A stretch of 64,000 nt of DNA, from assembly GCF_009914755.1 (NCBI RefSeq), contig NC_060937.1; one strand, given 5' to 3'. The notes below the pieces were generated by a model. The model was not told the DNA's origin. It worked only from the letters and a program-made list of their open reading frames with translations, and searched no databases. This document shows, piece after piece, positions 14,899 to 25,163 of the stretch. Position 1 is the stretch's first letter, and the number at the start of each line of letters is the position of its first letter. Source of the stretch: the human T2T-CHM13v2.0 reference genome, Homo sapiens. Both the position numbers and the translations under genes were made by a program.

Positions 14899-15351
14899 TG
14901 TCAGGCCTCTGAGCCCAAGCCAAGCCATCGCATCCACTGTGACTTGCACATATACACCCAGATGGCCTGAAGTAACTGAAGAATCACAAAAGAAGTGAAC
15001 ATGCCCTGCCCCACCTTAACTGATGACATTCCACCACAAAAGAAGTGTGAATGGCGGGTCCTTGCCTTAACTGATGACATTACCTTGTGAAAGTCCTTTT
15101 CCTAGCTCATCCTGCCTCAAAAAGCACCCCCACTGAGCACCTTGCGACCCCCACTCCTGCCTGCCAGAGAACAAACCCTCTTTGACTGTAATTTTCCTTT
15201 ACCTACCCAAATCCTATAAAACGGCCCCACCCTTATCTCCCTTCACTGACTCTCTTTTCGGACTCAGCCCGCCTGCACCCAGGTGAAATAAACAGCCACA
15301 TTGCTCACACAAAGCCTGTTTGGTGGTCTCTTCACACAGACGCGCATGAAA
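14899..15351 (+). promoter_or_regulatory. 5' LTR7 (promoter/enhancer)
   Basis: TGTCAGGCCTCTGAGCCCAAGC start, ..cgcgcatgaaa end; ~50-bp U3 repeats; TATAAA 15215-15220; GC/GT box ggccccaccc 15223-15232; AATAAA 15287-15292. Confidence 0.95.
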
Positions 15352-15353
15352 TT

Positions 15354-15371
15354 TGGTGCCATGACTCAGAT
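15354..15371 (+). other. Primer-binding site, tRNA-His
   Basis: tggtgccatgactcagat versus TGGTGCCGTGACTCGGAT: two CpG-to-CpA changes. Confidence 0.9.
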
Positions 15372-15494
15372 TGGGGGACCTCCCTTGGGAGATCAATCCC
15401 CTGTATTCCTGTTCTTTGCTCCGTGAGAAAGATCCACCTATGACCTCAGGTCCTCAGACCAACCAGCCCAAGGAACATCTCACCAATTTTAAAT

Positions 15495-15503
15495 CAGGTA
15501 AGC
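15495..15503 (+). promoter_or_regulatory. HERV-H leader splice donor CAG|GTAAGC
   Basis: Near-consensus 5' splice site ~150 nt after the 5' LTR, the known position of the HERV-H major donor; a second AAG|GTAAGA at 16144-16152. Confidence 0.75.
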
Positions 15504-15803
15504 AGCCTCTTCTTACTCTCTTCTCCAACCTCTCTCACTGTCCCTCAACCACTTTCTCCTTTCCAATCTTCAATCTCTCCCTTCTCTTAATTTCAATTCT
15601 TTTCATTTTCTGGGAGAGACAAAGGAGACATGTTTTATCCATGGACCCAAAACTCCGGCGCCAGTCATGGACTGGGAAGGCAGCCTTCCCTTGGTGTTTA
15701 ATCATTGCAGGGATGCCTCTCTGATTATACACCCACGTTTCAAGGGTGTCAGACCACGCAGGTACACCTGCCTTGGTCCTTCACCCTTAGCAGCAAGTTC
15801 CGC

Positions 15804-16020
15804 TTTTCTGGGGGAAGGGGAAAGTACCTCAATCCCTTCTCTCCTTGTCTCTACCCCTTCTCTGCTTTTCCGGGGACAGGACAAGTACCCCAACCCCTTC
15901 TCTCCTTGTCTCTACCCCTTCTCTGCTTTTCTGGGAGAGGGGCAAGTATCCCTCAACCCCTTCTCCTTCACTCTTAGCTGCAAGTCCTGCTTTTCTAGAG
16001 GAGGGGCAAGTACCCCAACC
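15804..16020 (+). repeat. HERV-H leader ~60-bp tandem repeats
   Basis: Four units starting ttttc.gg..agg..aagtacc.caa; two contain identical cccttctctccttgtctctaccccttctctgc. Confidence 0.85.
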
Positions 16021-16299
16021 TTGTATCTCTGTGCCCCGACCCCTTATTTCCATGCCCCGACACCTTATTTCTGCACCCCATTCCTTATTTCCACACGATG
16101 ACCTCTCATCTCTGCACCCCAACCCCTTTTCCCACTTTTCTGGAAGGTAAGAACCCCCAAACCCCTTCCCTCCATTTCTCTACTCTCTCTTTTCTCTAGG
16201 CTTGCTTCCTTCACTATGGGCAACTTTCCACCCTCCATTCCTCCTTCTACTCCCTTGGCCTGTGTTCTCAAAAACTTAAAACCTCTTCAACTCACACCT

Positions 16300-17420
16300 G
16301 ATCTAAAACCTAAATGACTTTTCTTCTGCAATGCTGCTTGACCCCAATACAAACTCGACAGTAGTTCCAAATAGCCAGAAAATGGCACTTTGAATTTTTC
16401 CATCCTGCAAAATCTAAATAATTCTTGTCGTAAAATAGGCAAACGGTCTGAGGTGCCTGACGTCCAGGCATTCTTTTACACATCAGTCCCTTCCTAGTCT
16501 CTGTGCCCAGTGCAACTCATCCCAAATCTTCCTTCTTTCCCTCCCGCCTGTCCCCTCAGTACCAACCCCAAGTGTGGCTGAGTCTTTCTAATCTTCCTTT
16601 TCTACAGACCCATCAGACCTCTCCCTTCCTCCCCAGGCTGCTCCTCGCCAGGCCGAGCTAGGTCCCAATTCTTCCTCAGCCTCTGCTCCTCCACCCTATA
16701 ATCTTTTTATCACCTCCGCTCCTCACACCTGGTCCGGCTTACAGTTTCGTTCCCTGACTAGCCCTCCCCCACCTGCCCAGCAATTTACTCTTAAAAAGGT
16801 GGCTGGAGCCAAAGGCATAGTCAAGGTTAATGCTCCTTTTTCTTTATCCCAAATCAGAAGCGTTTAGGCTCTTTTTCATCAAATATAAAAACCCAGCCCA
16901 GTTCATGACTTGTTTGGCAGCAACCCTGAGACGCTTTACAGCCCTAGACCCTAAAATGTCAAAAGGCCGTCTTATTCTCAATATACATTTTATTACCCAA
17001 TCTGCTCCCGACATTAAATAAAACTCCAAAAATTGGAATCTGGCCCTCAAACCCCAAAACAGGACTTAATTAACCTCACCTTCAAGGTGTACAATAACAG
17101 AAAAAAGTTGCAATTCCTTGCATCCACTGTGAGACAAACCCCAGCCACATCTCCAGCACACAAGAACTTCCAAACGCCTGAACCGCAGCAGCCAGGCGTT
17201 CCTCCAGAACCTCCTCCCATATGAGCTTGCTACACATGCCGGAAATCTGGCCACTGGACCAAGGAATGCCCGCAGCCCAGGATTCCTCCTAAGCCGCGTC
17301 CCATCTGTGTGGGACCCCACTGAAAATCGCACTGTTCAACTCACCTGGCAGCCACTCCCAGAGCCCCTGGAACTCTGGCCCAAGGCTCTCTGACTGACTC
17401 CTTCCCAGGTCTTCTCGGCT
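16300..17420 (+). pseudogene. gag: HERV-H gag remnant (decayed)
   Basis: CCHC zinc knuckle CYTCRKSGHWTKECP at 17228-17272, a second broken knuckle (..ICVGPH*KSHC) after it; many stops; boundaries approximate. Confidence 0.8.
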
Positions 17421-17429
17421 TAGCGGCTG

Positions 17430-19875
17430 AAGACTGACACTGCCGGATCGCCTCGGAAGCCCCATAGACCATCACGGACGCCGAGCTTCGGGTAACTCTT
17501 ACAGTGGAAGGTAAGCCCATCCCCTTAATCAATATGGAGGCTACCCACTGCATATTACCTTCTTTTCAAGGGCCTGTTTCCCTTGCCTCCATAACTGTTG
17601 TGGGTATTGACGGCTAGGCTTCTAAACCTCTTAAAACTCCCCAACTCTGGTGGCAACTTAGACAATACTCTTTTAAGCACTCCTTTTTAGTTATCCCCAC
17701 CTGCCCAGTTCCCATATTAGGCTGAGACACTTTAAATTATCTGCTTCCCTGACTATTCCTGGACTACAGCTATATCTCATTGCCACCCTTCTTCCCAATC
17801 CAAAGCCTCCTTTGCGTCCTCCTCTTGTATTCCCCCACCTTAACCCACAAGTATAACCCACCTCTACTCCCTCCTTAGTGACCGATCATGCACCCCTTAC
17901 CATCTCATTAAAACCTAATCACTCTTACCCCGCTAAACGCCAATATCCCATCCCACAGCACGCTTTAAAAAGATTAAAGCCTGTTATCACTCACCTGCTA
18001 CAGCATGGCCTTTTAAAGCCTATAAACTCTCCTTACAACTCCCCCATTTTACCTGTCCTAAAACCGGACAAGCCTTACAAGTTAGTTCAGGATCTGCGCC
18101 TTATCAACCAAATTGTTTTGCCTATCCACCCACGGTGCCAAACCCATATACTCTCCTATCCTCAATATCTGCCTCTACAACCCATTATTCTGTTCTAAAT
18201 CTCAAACATGCTTTTTTCACTATTCCTTTGCCCCCTTAATCCCAGCCTCTCTTCGCTTTCACTTGGACTGACCCTGACACGCATCAAGCTCAGCAAATTA
18301 CGTAGGCTGTACTGCCGCAAAGCTTTACAGACAGCCCCCATTACTTCAATCAAGCCCAAATTTCTTCCTCATCTGTTACCTATCTCGGCATAATTCCCAT
18401 AAAAACACACGTGCTCTCCCTGCTGACCATGTCCGACTAATCTCTCAAACCCCAACCCCTTCTACAAAACAACAACTCCTTTCCTTCCTGGGCATGGTTA
18501 GATACTTTCGCCTTTGGATACCTGGTTTTGCCATCCTAACAAAACCATTATATAAACTCACAAAAGGAAACCTAGCTGACCCCATAGATCCTAAATCCTT
18601 TCCCCACTCCTCTTTCTGTTCCTTGAAGACAGCTTTAGAAACTGCTCCCACTCTAGCTCTCCCTGACTCATCCCAACCCTTTTCATTACACACAGCTGAA
18701 GTGCAGGGCTGTGCAGTCGGAATTCTTACACAAGGACCAGGATCGCGTCCTGTAGCCTTTTTGTCCAAACAACTTGACCTTACTGTTTTAGGCTGGCCAT
18801 CATGTCTCCATGCAGCAGCTACCGCTGCTTTAATACTTTTAGAGGCCCTCAAAATCACAAACTATGCTCAACTCACTCTCTACAGTTCTCATAACTTCCA
18901 AAATCTATTTTCTTCCTCATACCTGACGCATATACTTTCTGCTTCCCGGCTCCTTCAGCTATACTCTTTGTTGAGTCTCCCACAATTACTGTTGTTCCTG
19001 GCCCAGACTTCAATCCGGCCTCCTACATTATTCCTGATACCACACCTGAGCCCCATGACTGCATCTCTCTGATCCACCTGACATTCACCCCATTTCCCCA
19101 AATTTCCCTCTTTCCTGTTCCTCAGCCTGATCACGCTTGATTTATTGATGGCGGTTCCACCAGGCCTAATCGCCACACACCAGCAAAGGCAGGTTATGCT
19201 ATAGTACAAGCCACTAGCCCACATCTTAGAACCTCTCATTTCCTTTCCATTGTGGAAATCTATCCTCAAGGAAATAACTTCTCAGTGTTCCATCTGCTAT
19301 TCTACTACTCCTCAGGGATAGTTCAGGCCCCCTCCCTTCCCTACACATCAAGCTCAAGGATTTGCCCCCACCCAGGACTGGCAAATTAGCTTTACTCAAC
19401 ATGCCCGAGTCAGGAAACTAAAATACCTCTTAGTCTAAATGGACACTTTCACTGAATAAGTAAAGGCCTTTCCTACAGGGTCTGAGAAGGCCACCACAGT
19501 CATTTCTTCCTTTCTGTCAGACATAATTACTCAGTTTAGCCTTCCCACCTCAATACAGTCTGATAACAGACGAGCCTTTATTAGTCAAATCAGCCAAGCA
19601 GTTTTTCAGGCTCTTAGTATTCAGTGAAACCTTTATATCCCTTATGGTCCTCCGTCTTCAAGAAAAGTAGAATGGACTAAAGGTCTTTTAAAAACACACC
19701 TCACCAAGCTCAGCCACCAACTTAAAAAGGACTGGACAATACTTTTACCACTTTCCCTTCTCAGAATTCAGGCCTGTCCTCGGAATGCTACAGGGTACAG
19801 CCCATTTAAGCTCCTGTATAGACGCTCCTTTTTATTAGGCCCCAGTCTCATTCCAGACACCAGACCAACTTAGAT
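17430..19875 (+). pseudogene. pol: HERV-H pro-pol remnant (decayed, internally deleted)
   Basis: Protease site degenerated to LINMEAT (17525-17545); RT N-terminus QYPI..SPYNSPILPVLKP..LVQDLRLIN (ORF 17878-18198); LPQSFTDSPHYFNQAQISSSSVTYLG at 18312+ with YxDD region deleted; RYFRLWIPGFAILTKPLY (ORF 18494-19072); RNase H FIDGGS at ~19141; integrase-like remnant ~19340-19870. Confidence 0.9.
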
Positions 19876-19899
19876 TGTGCCCCACCCCCCCAAAAAAAA

Positions 19900-20460
19900 A
19901 ATTGTCATCCCTACTATTTTCTGTCTAGTCATACTCCTATTCACCATTCTCAACTACTCATACATGCCTTGCTCTTGTTTACACTGCCGGTTTACACTGT
20001 TTTTCCAAGCCATCACAGCTGATATCTCCTGGTGCTATCCCCAAACTGCCATTCTTAACTCTTGAAGTAAATAAATAATCTTTGCTGGCAGGACTATGCC
20101 GAATCTCCTTAAGCACTCTCTAATCAGATATCCTGAGTCGTCCCAATTCTTAGACCTTTTATACCTGTTTTTCTTCTTCTGTTATTCCATTTAGTTTTTC
20201 AATTCATACAAAACCGTATCCAGGCCGTCACCAATCATTCTATATGACAAATGTTTCTTCTAACATCCCCACAATATCACGCCTTACCACAAGACCTCCC
20301 TTCAGCTTAATCTCTCCCACTCTAGGTTCCCACATCGCCCCTAATCCCGCATGAAGCAGCCCTGAGAAACATCGTCCATTCTCTCTCCATACCACCACCC
20401 CAAAATTTTCACTGCCCCAACACTTCAACACTATTTTGTTTTATTTTTCTTATTAATACA
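19900..20460 (+). pseudogene. env: HERV-H env remnant (mostly deleted)
   Basis: Only ~0.55 kb between pol end and PPT; no long ORF. Confidence 0.6.
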
Positions 20461-20472
20461 AGAAGGCAGGAA
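20460..20472 (+). other. Polypurine tract
   Basis: aagaaggcaggaa immediately before the 3' LTR TG. Confidence 0.85.
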
Positions 20473-20925
20473 TGTCAGGCCTCTGAGCCCAAGCCAAGCC
20501 ATCGCATCCCCTCTGACTTGCACGTATATGCCCAGCTGGCCTGAAGTAACTGAAGAATCACAAAAGAAGTGAATATGCCCTGCCCCACCTTAACTGATGA
20601 CATTCCACCACAAAAGAAGTGTGAATGGCGGGTCTTTGCCTTAAGTGATGATATTACCTTGTGAAAGTCCTTTTCCTGGCTCATCCTGGCTCAAAAACAC
20701 CCCCACTGAGCACCTTGCGACCCCCCACTCCTGCCCGCCAGAGAACAAACCCCCTTTGACTGTAATTTTCCTTTACCTACCCAAATCCTATAAAACGGCC
20801 CCACCCTTATCTCCCTTCACTGACTGTCTTTTTGGACTCAGCCTGCCTGCACCCAGGTGAAATAAACAGCCATGTTGCTCACACAAAGCCTATTTGGTGG
20901 TCTCTTCACAGGGACGCGCATAAAA
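20473..20925 (+). mobile_element. 3' LTR7
   Basis: Direct repeat of 14899-15351; TATAAA 20789-20794, AATAAA 20861-20866. Confidence 0.96.
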
Positions 20926-21387
20926 AGAAACACAGAGGACACCCTGCCGGTTCCGAAGCAGTAGAAGTCAACGGCGGGTCTGCGAAGGCAGCAAACAGCA
21001 ATGGTGGACAGCGAGCCAAAGCTCAGCTCAAGCCATAACAAACACGGACCAGAAGAGTGTGCAGTTGCAAGATTTAATAGAGTGAAAACAGAGCTCCCTT
21101 ACAATGGGAAGGGACCCAAAGGGATTTACCACTCCCTGCTCGAATGCCTGGGTTTATATCCCGATCATTGCCCCTCCCCCTGTGCTCTCAGTGATATATG
21201 ATTTAGCTATTTCTTTACCTTCTGGTTTTAGCCTAATTTGTAATTTAGTGAGCCCTCTTCACTACCTGATTGGTCGGGTGTGAGCTGAGTTACAAGCCCC
21301 GTATTTAAAGGTGGGTGTGGTCACCTTCCCCAGCTAGGTTTAGGAATTCTTAGTCGGACTAGGAAATCCAGCTACTGCTGTCTCTCA
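20926..21387 (-). mobile_element. HERV-W solo LTR17, U3-R-start of U5 piece
   Basis: Minus strand begins TGAGAGACAGCAGTAGCTGGATTTCCTAG..CCGACTAAGAATTCCTAA..CCTAGCTGGGGAAGGTGACC (LTR17 start); CCAAT 21269-21273, GATATAAA 21153-21160, ATTAAA 21073-21078; followed by ATAG 21388-21391. Confidence 0.92.
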
Positions 21388-21651
21388 ATAGGACATGATC
21401 ACTCCATCATGATGTCAGTCTAAACATAATTCTTATTTGAGTAAAGCATAAACTTTGGCTGTATCAGAACAACTGATTGAGAATTAAAGAAAGCCTGTAA
21501 TATTAAATTATATTTTTCCATTTTAGAGATTATATTTTCAGAATGATTATTTAATCCCGAAAAGTTTGATTTTTTTGACTATCAATATCAATGGTATTCT
21601 TTCAGTGTAATTTCTACTACCCTTATAGAATGAACATAATTAAACAGACAC

Positions 21652-21729
21652 AGAGAGAGACAGAGAGAGAAAGCAAGGAGAGAAGGAAAGGAAGAAAGGA
21701 AGGAAGGAAGGAAGGAAGGAAGGAAGGAA

Positions 21730-21791
<62 letters not shown>

Positions 21792-21847
21792 AAGAAAGCA
21801 GAAAGAAAGAGAAAGAAAGAGAAAGAAAAAAAGAAAGAAAAAGAAAA
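21652..21847. repeat. Compound polypurine microsatellite (GA)n/(GGAA)9/(GAAA)12
   Basis: Visible; (GGAA)9 at 21698-21733. Confidence 0.95.
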
Positions 21848-22839
21848 CACTGAGAATTGAGCATTAACTGAACAACAGTTTTGTGAGACTTGAATATTTT
21901 TTAAAAACATTTTACACTATGTTTATATATATTTAAGAAAATAATTGTTTTAAAATTATGAGCTACAAAAATACTACTCAGTTTAATTTGTCTTTTAGAA
22001 ATATTAAACATTACTTATTTTAACCCTCCTCAAATAAGATTACTATTCAAGAAGAGTAAAAGATTACTTGAATTTCTGAAGAAATCCAGGGTCAAGCCTT
22101 GTGACTTTGTATTTATAGCACTTGGCCATAATTAAATCTCCATCATGTTTAGTGAGATCCTTAACAGAGTATCCTATCTTTTTGAGATAACATTGCAATT
22201 ACTATATCATTCAATTTAAAATTACTAGATATGCTCTTATCATTTGGCAGATGTTTTAAATGTTGTTATCATACTTGTAGAAATGACATAGGCTGGAACA
22301 AACATTCTAATTTCTTATATGACAGTTTTGCAAGTTGGTTGCCAGTGAACAGAACCAGACTGGCACTTCACTAAGTAATCTATTTGGCATTTAGTATTTT
22401 AAAAAAGAAACTTAATTAACACACATAAAAATATGCTATTTCATATAAAAGCATGCTTTTTTTGTTTCTCGCCAAAATTCAGAATACTTGGCAAAAATAG
22501 GCTCACAGTCTCAGTGAGTAAGAATCCATTTGAGGAGAGTAGCAGTTGTCCATTTAGCTAAAGCACCACAACTTACTATTTTTATTTTCTATATATTTTG
22601 CTAATTTGTATCAAAAATGACCCCTTTAACACTTTGACTATGTGATTTCCATTATACAACAAGTTTTAAAATTCATGATAAATTGTTTCTTAGATAAAAT
22701 AATACAAATAAAATATATTATGACTATCTTAACAGACTAGCTCTTTAAACTGCAAAAATAGATTCAACACCTAATTGTTACAAAGCCATATCATACTATA
22801 AGCCCTAAATAAAAACATAAATTTGGAACACAAAATTAG

Positions 22840-22960
22840 TTTTTAAAAAATTGACAGGAAACATTGCATGTTTTTATCATGCACAACATGATGTTTTAAA
22901 GTACATATACATTGTAGAATGATTAAATTTAGCTAATTACAAATGCATCACCTCACATAG
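22840..22960 (-). mobile_element. L1MA-type 3' end fragment
   Basis: acaacatgatgttttaaagtacatatacattgtagaatgattaaatttagctaatta..catcacctcacatag. Confidence 0.7.
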
Positions 22961-23934
22961 CACAAAATATTTTGATGGGGAACAGCTTATCACAAATTAA
23001 GCAACGTTCATAAACTTAAATGACTGAAAGTGAAAAATTAAGTCACTAATTTCTATATTTGTGAACAGAAAGAATTATAGTTTTTCTTTCTAGCACAGAA
23101 TATTATATCATGCATATGAAATATTGGTCCCTAGATATGAAATACTACTCTCAAAAGTGAACTCAAACAATACTTGAATTACAATCAGTGTATTTGTACT
23201 CTGTAATGGAGGACCACTATGTTTTGTACAAATTTTATTTATCATCTTAGAGTTTTATTTGATCAACTACAAGAAAGAGTATATAATCCTAATTTTAAGT
23301 GCCATTATGCAAATTAGATAAAGTGATTTTGAAAGGCTTTACAAATGGTAAAATGTGTGGAATATAATGGCTTTTTCCACTACCTTCTATTTTTACTGAA
23401 CTCCAAGCTCTTGGTGTGATTATGAGACGCAAACATTAAACAACACAAATAAAGAAACTGAAAACTCTGGTCAATTATTAATATAGATATTGTACCAAAA
23501 CATCACAAGTTTATTTTTAACATTAAAAAAATTTTAGATCATACTAGTAAGAAAAAAATCTCAAGGTATAAAATCTATATCAACATTTTGTTTTATTATT
23601 TTCAATTGATTAGTTTTTCCTGAGTATTCTGTTACTAATCCAATGTTTTCAATATTTATTAAATTTTAAAATAATTATACATGGTTACGTAGATTTCTAC
23701 AAATCTTAAATGTCAAAGCACAGACCATAGGCAAAAAAATATGTATTATTTTATAATAAGATAAAATAGTAAAATTAATATCAAACAATTATTGTGTAGT
23801 CAAATATCTAATAGGATACATATATAACAGAATGTTGTGAAGCCATTGAAATAGTTACAATTTTTAAAATAATATTAGAACATTCTTATGATATATTAAC
23901 AAAATTTTATCATTAGAAATATACCATTTTGAAG

Positions 23935-24560
23935 TTGATTGAACAAACATTTGCTGATAATTTATCATGTGCCGAAACTATTCTAAGTGTTAGAGATATA
24001 GCAATAAACAAAATTGATAAAAACCTTTGTTTTGATAGAACATGTTTTCTTAAGCAAAAACATACAGTATAAAAATTAAGGAAATTATGTAGCATTTTTG
24101 GAGAAAGAACGATGAATTAATATTTTAAAAGGGTGGTCAAGGAAGCCTTTAATAAGAAGATAACATTGAGTAAAAGCATGAAAGAGATGAGATGCAAGTC
24201 ATAAATATATTCAAAGGAACCTGGTTTAGTAAGAGCCATTATATCATGTTCCATATACAAAAAGGAGACTGCTGCTCTTAAAGGCATTGAGCGGGAAGGA
24301 GTGAGATCCAGACCGAAGTGAGCTTAAGGAAAAAATAAGATAAATTAGAGACAGAGAAAGCAATGACCTATTGGAAGAGTTTTGACATAAAGAGCAAAGA
24401 GATTTTAAGAGAATTTGTGAGACCATGAAAAGGTTTTTATTTTCTTTAATGGGAGAAAAATGCAAAAGTTAGAGAAAAAAAAGAAAGGTAAAAAGGAAAA
24501 TTGCTTGAATAATGTGTTTGAGTAGATAACAAAAATGATATCTAGTTTAGAAATGAAAAA
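23935..24560 (-). mobile_element. L2 fragment
   Basis: gaacaaacatttgctga..atgtgccgaaactattctaagtgttagagatatagcaataaacaa and gggtggtcaaggaagcct.. Confidence 0.6.
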
Positions 24561-24658
24561 AGGTGAACTTACATAGAACTAGGCTAACTTGCAACTGGAA
24601 GACCTGGAGAGTGGTGGCCTTACTCTTTGACCTAATCCATTAATTGGACAACAAGACA

Positions 24659-25163
24659 AAAATACATAAAAACAGAAAATTGGCTTTTATCCTGTCTACC
24701 ATCAGATATGGTCTTCAACCTTCCACTAATTAGCTCCACATTTCTTGATAAAATCCACTATCCTTGATTCAGGAATTAATATAAGCTACCTTGCATATCT
24801 TAAAATTGATCACATACATTCCTTGATCAGATGAACAAAGCCTGAAAATAGTGGCTTATTAATGAGGTATACATGCTATAACTTTTCTGGCAAAATGTAG
24901 ACATTTAAATTTAAAGATTTATAACAAGATTGATAAAATAGATTTATTAAATACAAACTTTATCTCACCTCTTCCTAACTACATCTCTTACGAGAGAGAA
25001 GACCCATTCACTGAGGAGTTGAAATATACATGAAAATAGAAAATTGACTCTTAACCTGTCTACCTCTAGATATAGCCTTCAACCTTCCACTAATTAGCTC
25101 CATATTTGTTAATAAAATCCTCGACCTTGACTCAGGTATTAAAATAATGTAGGCTACCTTACA
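24659..25163. repeat. Diverged ~135-bp direct repeat pair (24659-24795 and 25022-25163)
   Basis: Shared identical 26-mer cttcaaccttccactaattagctcca at 24713-24738 and 25077-25102 with alignable flanks. Confidence 0.9.

Larger units (their letters stand above)
14899..20925 (+). mobile_element. HERV-H provirus (common deleted RTVL-H2-type, LTR7-flanked)
   Basis: Two 453-bp LTRs, tRNA-His PBS, gag/pro/pol remnants, PPT, TSD AGAAA at 14894-14898 and 20926-20930; C-rich/G-poor plus strand typical of HERV-H. Confidence 0.97.

Noticed and set aside
15371-16271. Cluster of overlapping ORFs in the HERV-H leader
   Set aside because: C-rich tandem repeats depleted of stop codons; no recognisable domains
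18494-19072. 192-aa ORF, longest in the window, as a functional protein
   Set aside because: Internal pol fragment (RT thumb/connection) that frameshifts at its end; upstream RT lacks YxDD
14595-21387. HERV-W piece as an L1-processed pseudogene or syncytin-like env locus
   Set aside because: Complete LTR with TG..CA ends, 4-bp TSD, no poly-A tail and no HERV-W internal sequence: a solo LTR
21591-21910. Lys/Glu/Arg-rich and Phe/Leu/Ser-rich ORFs (also 33573-33825, 37762-38010, 58582-58994)
   Set aside because: Translations of microsatellites
24659-25163. CRISPR-like or LTR-pair interpretation of the direct repeat
   Set aside because: Only two copies, eukaryotic context, no TG..CA ends, PBS or TSD visible
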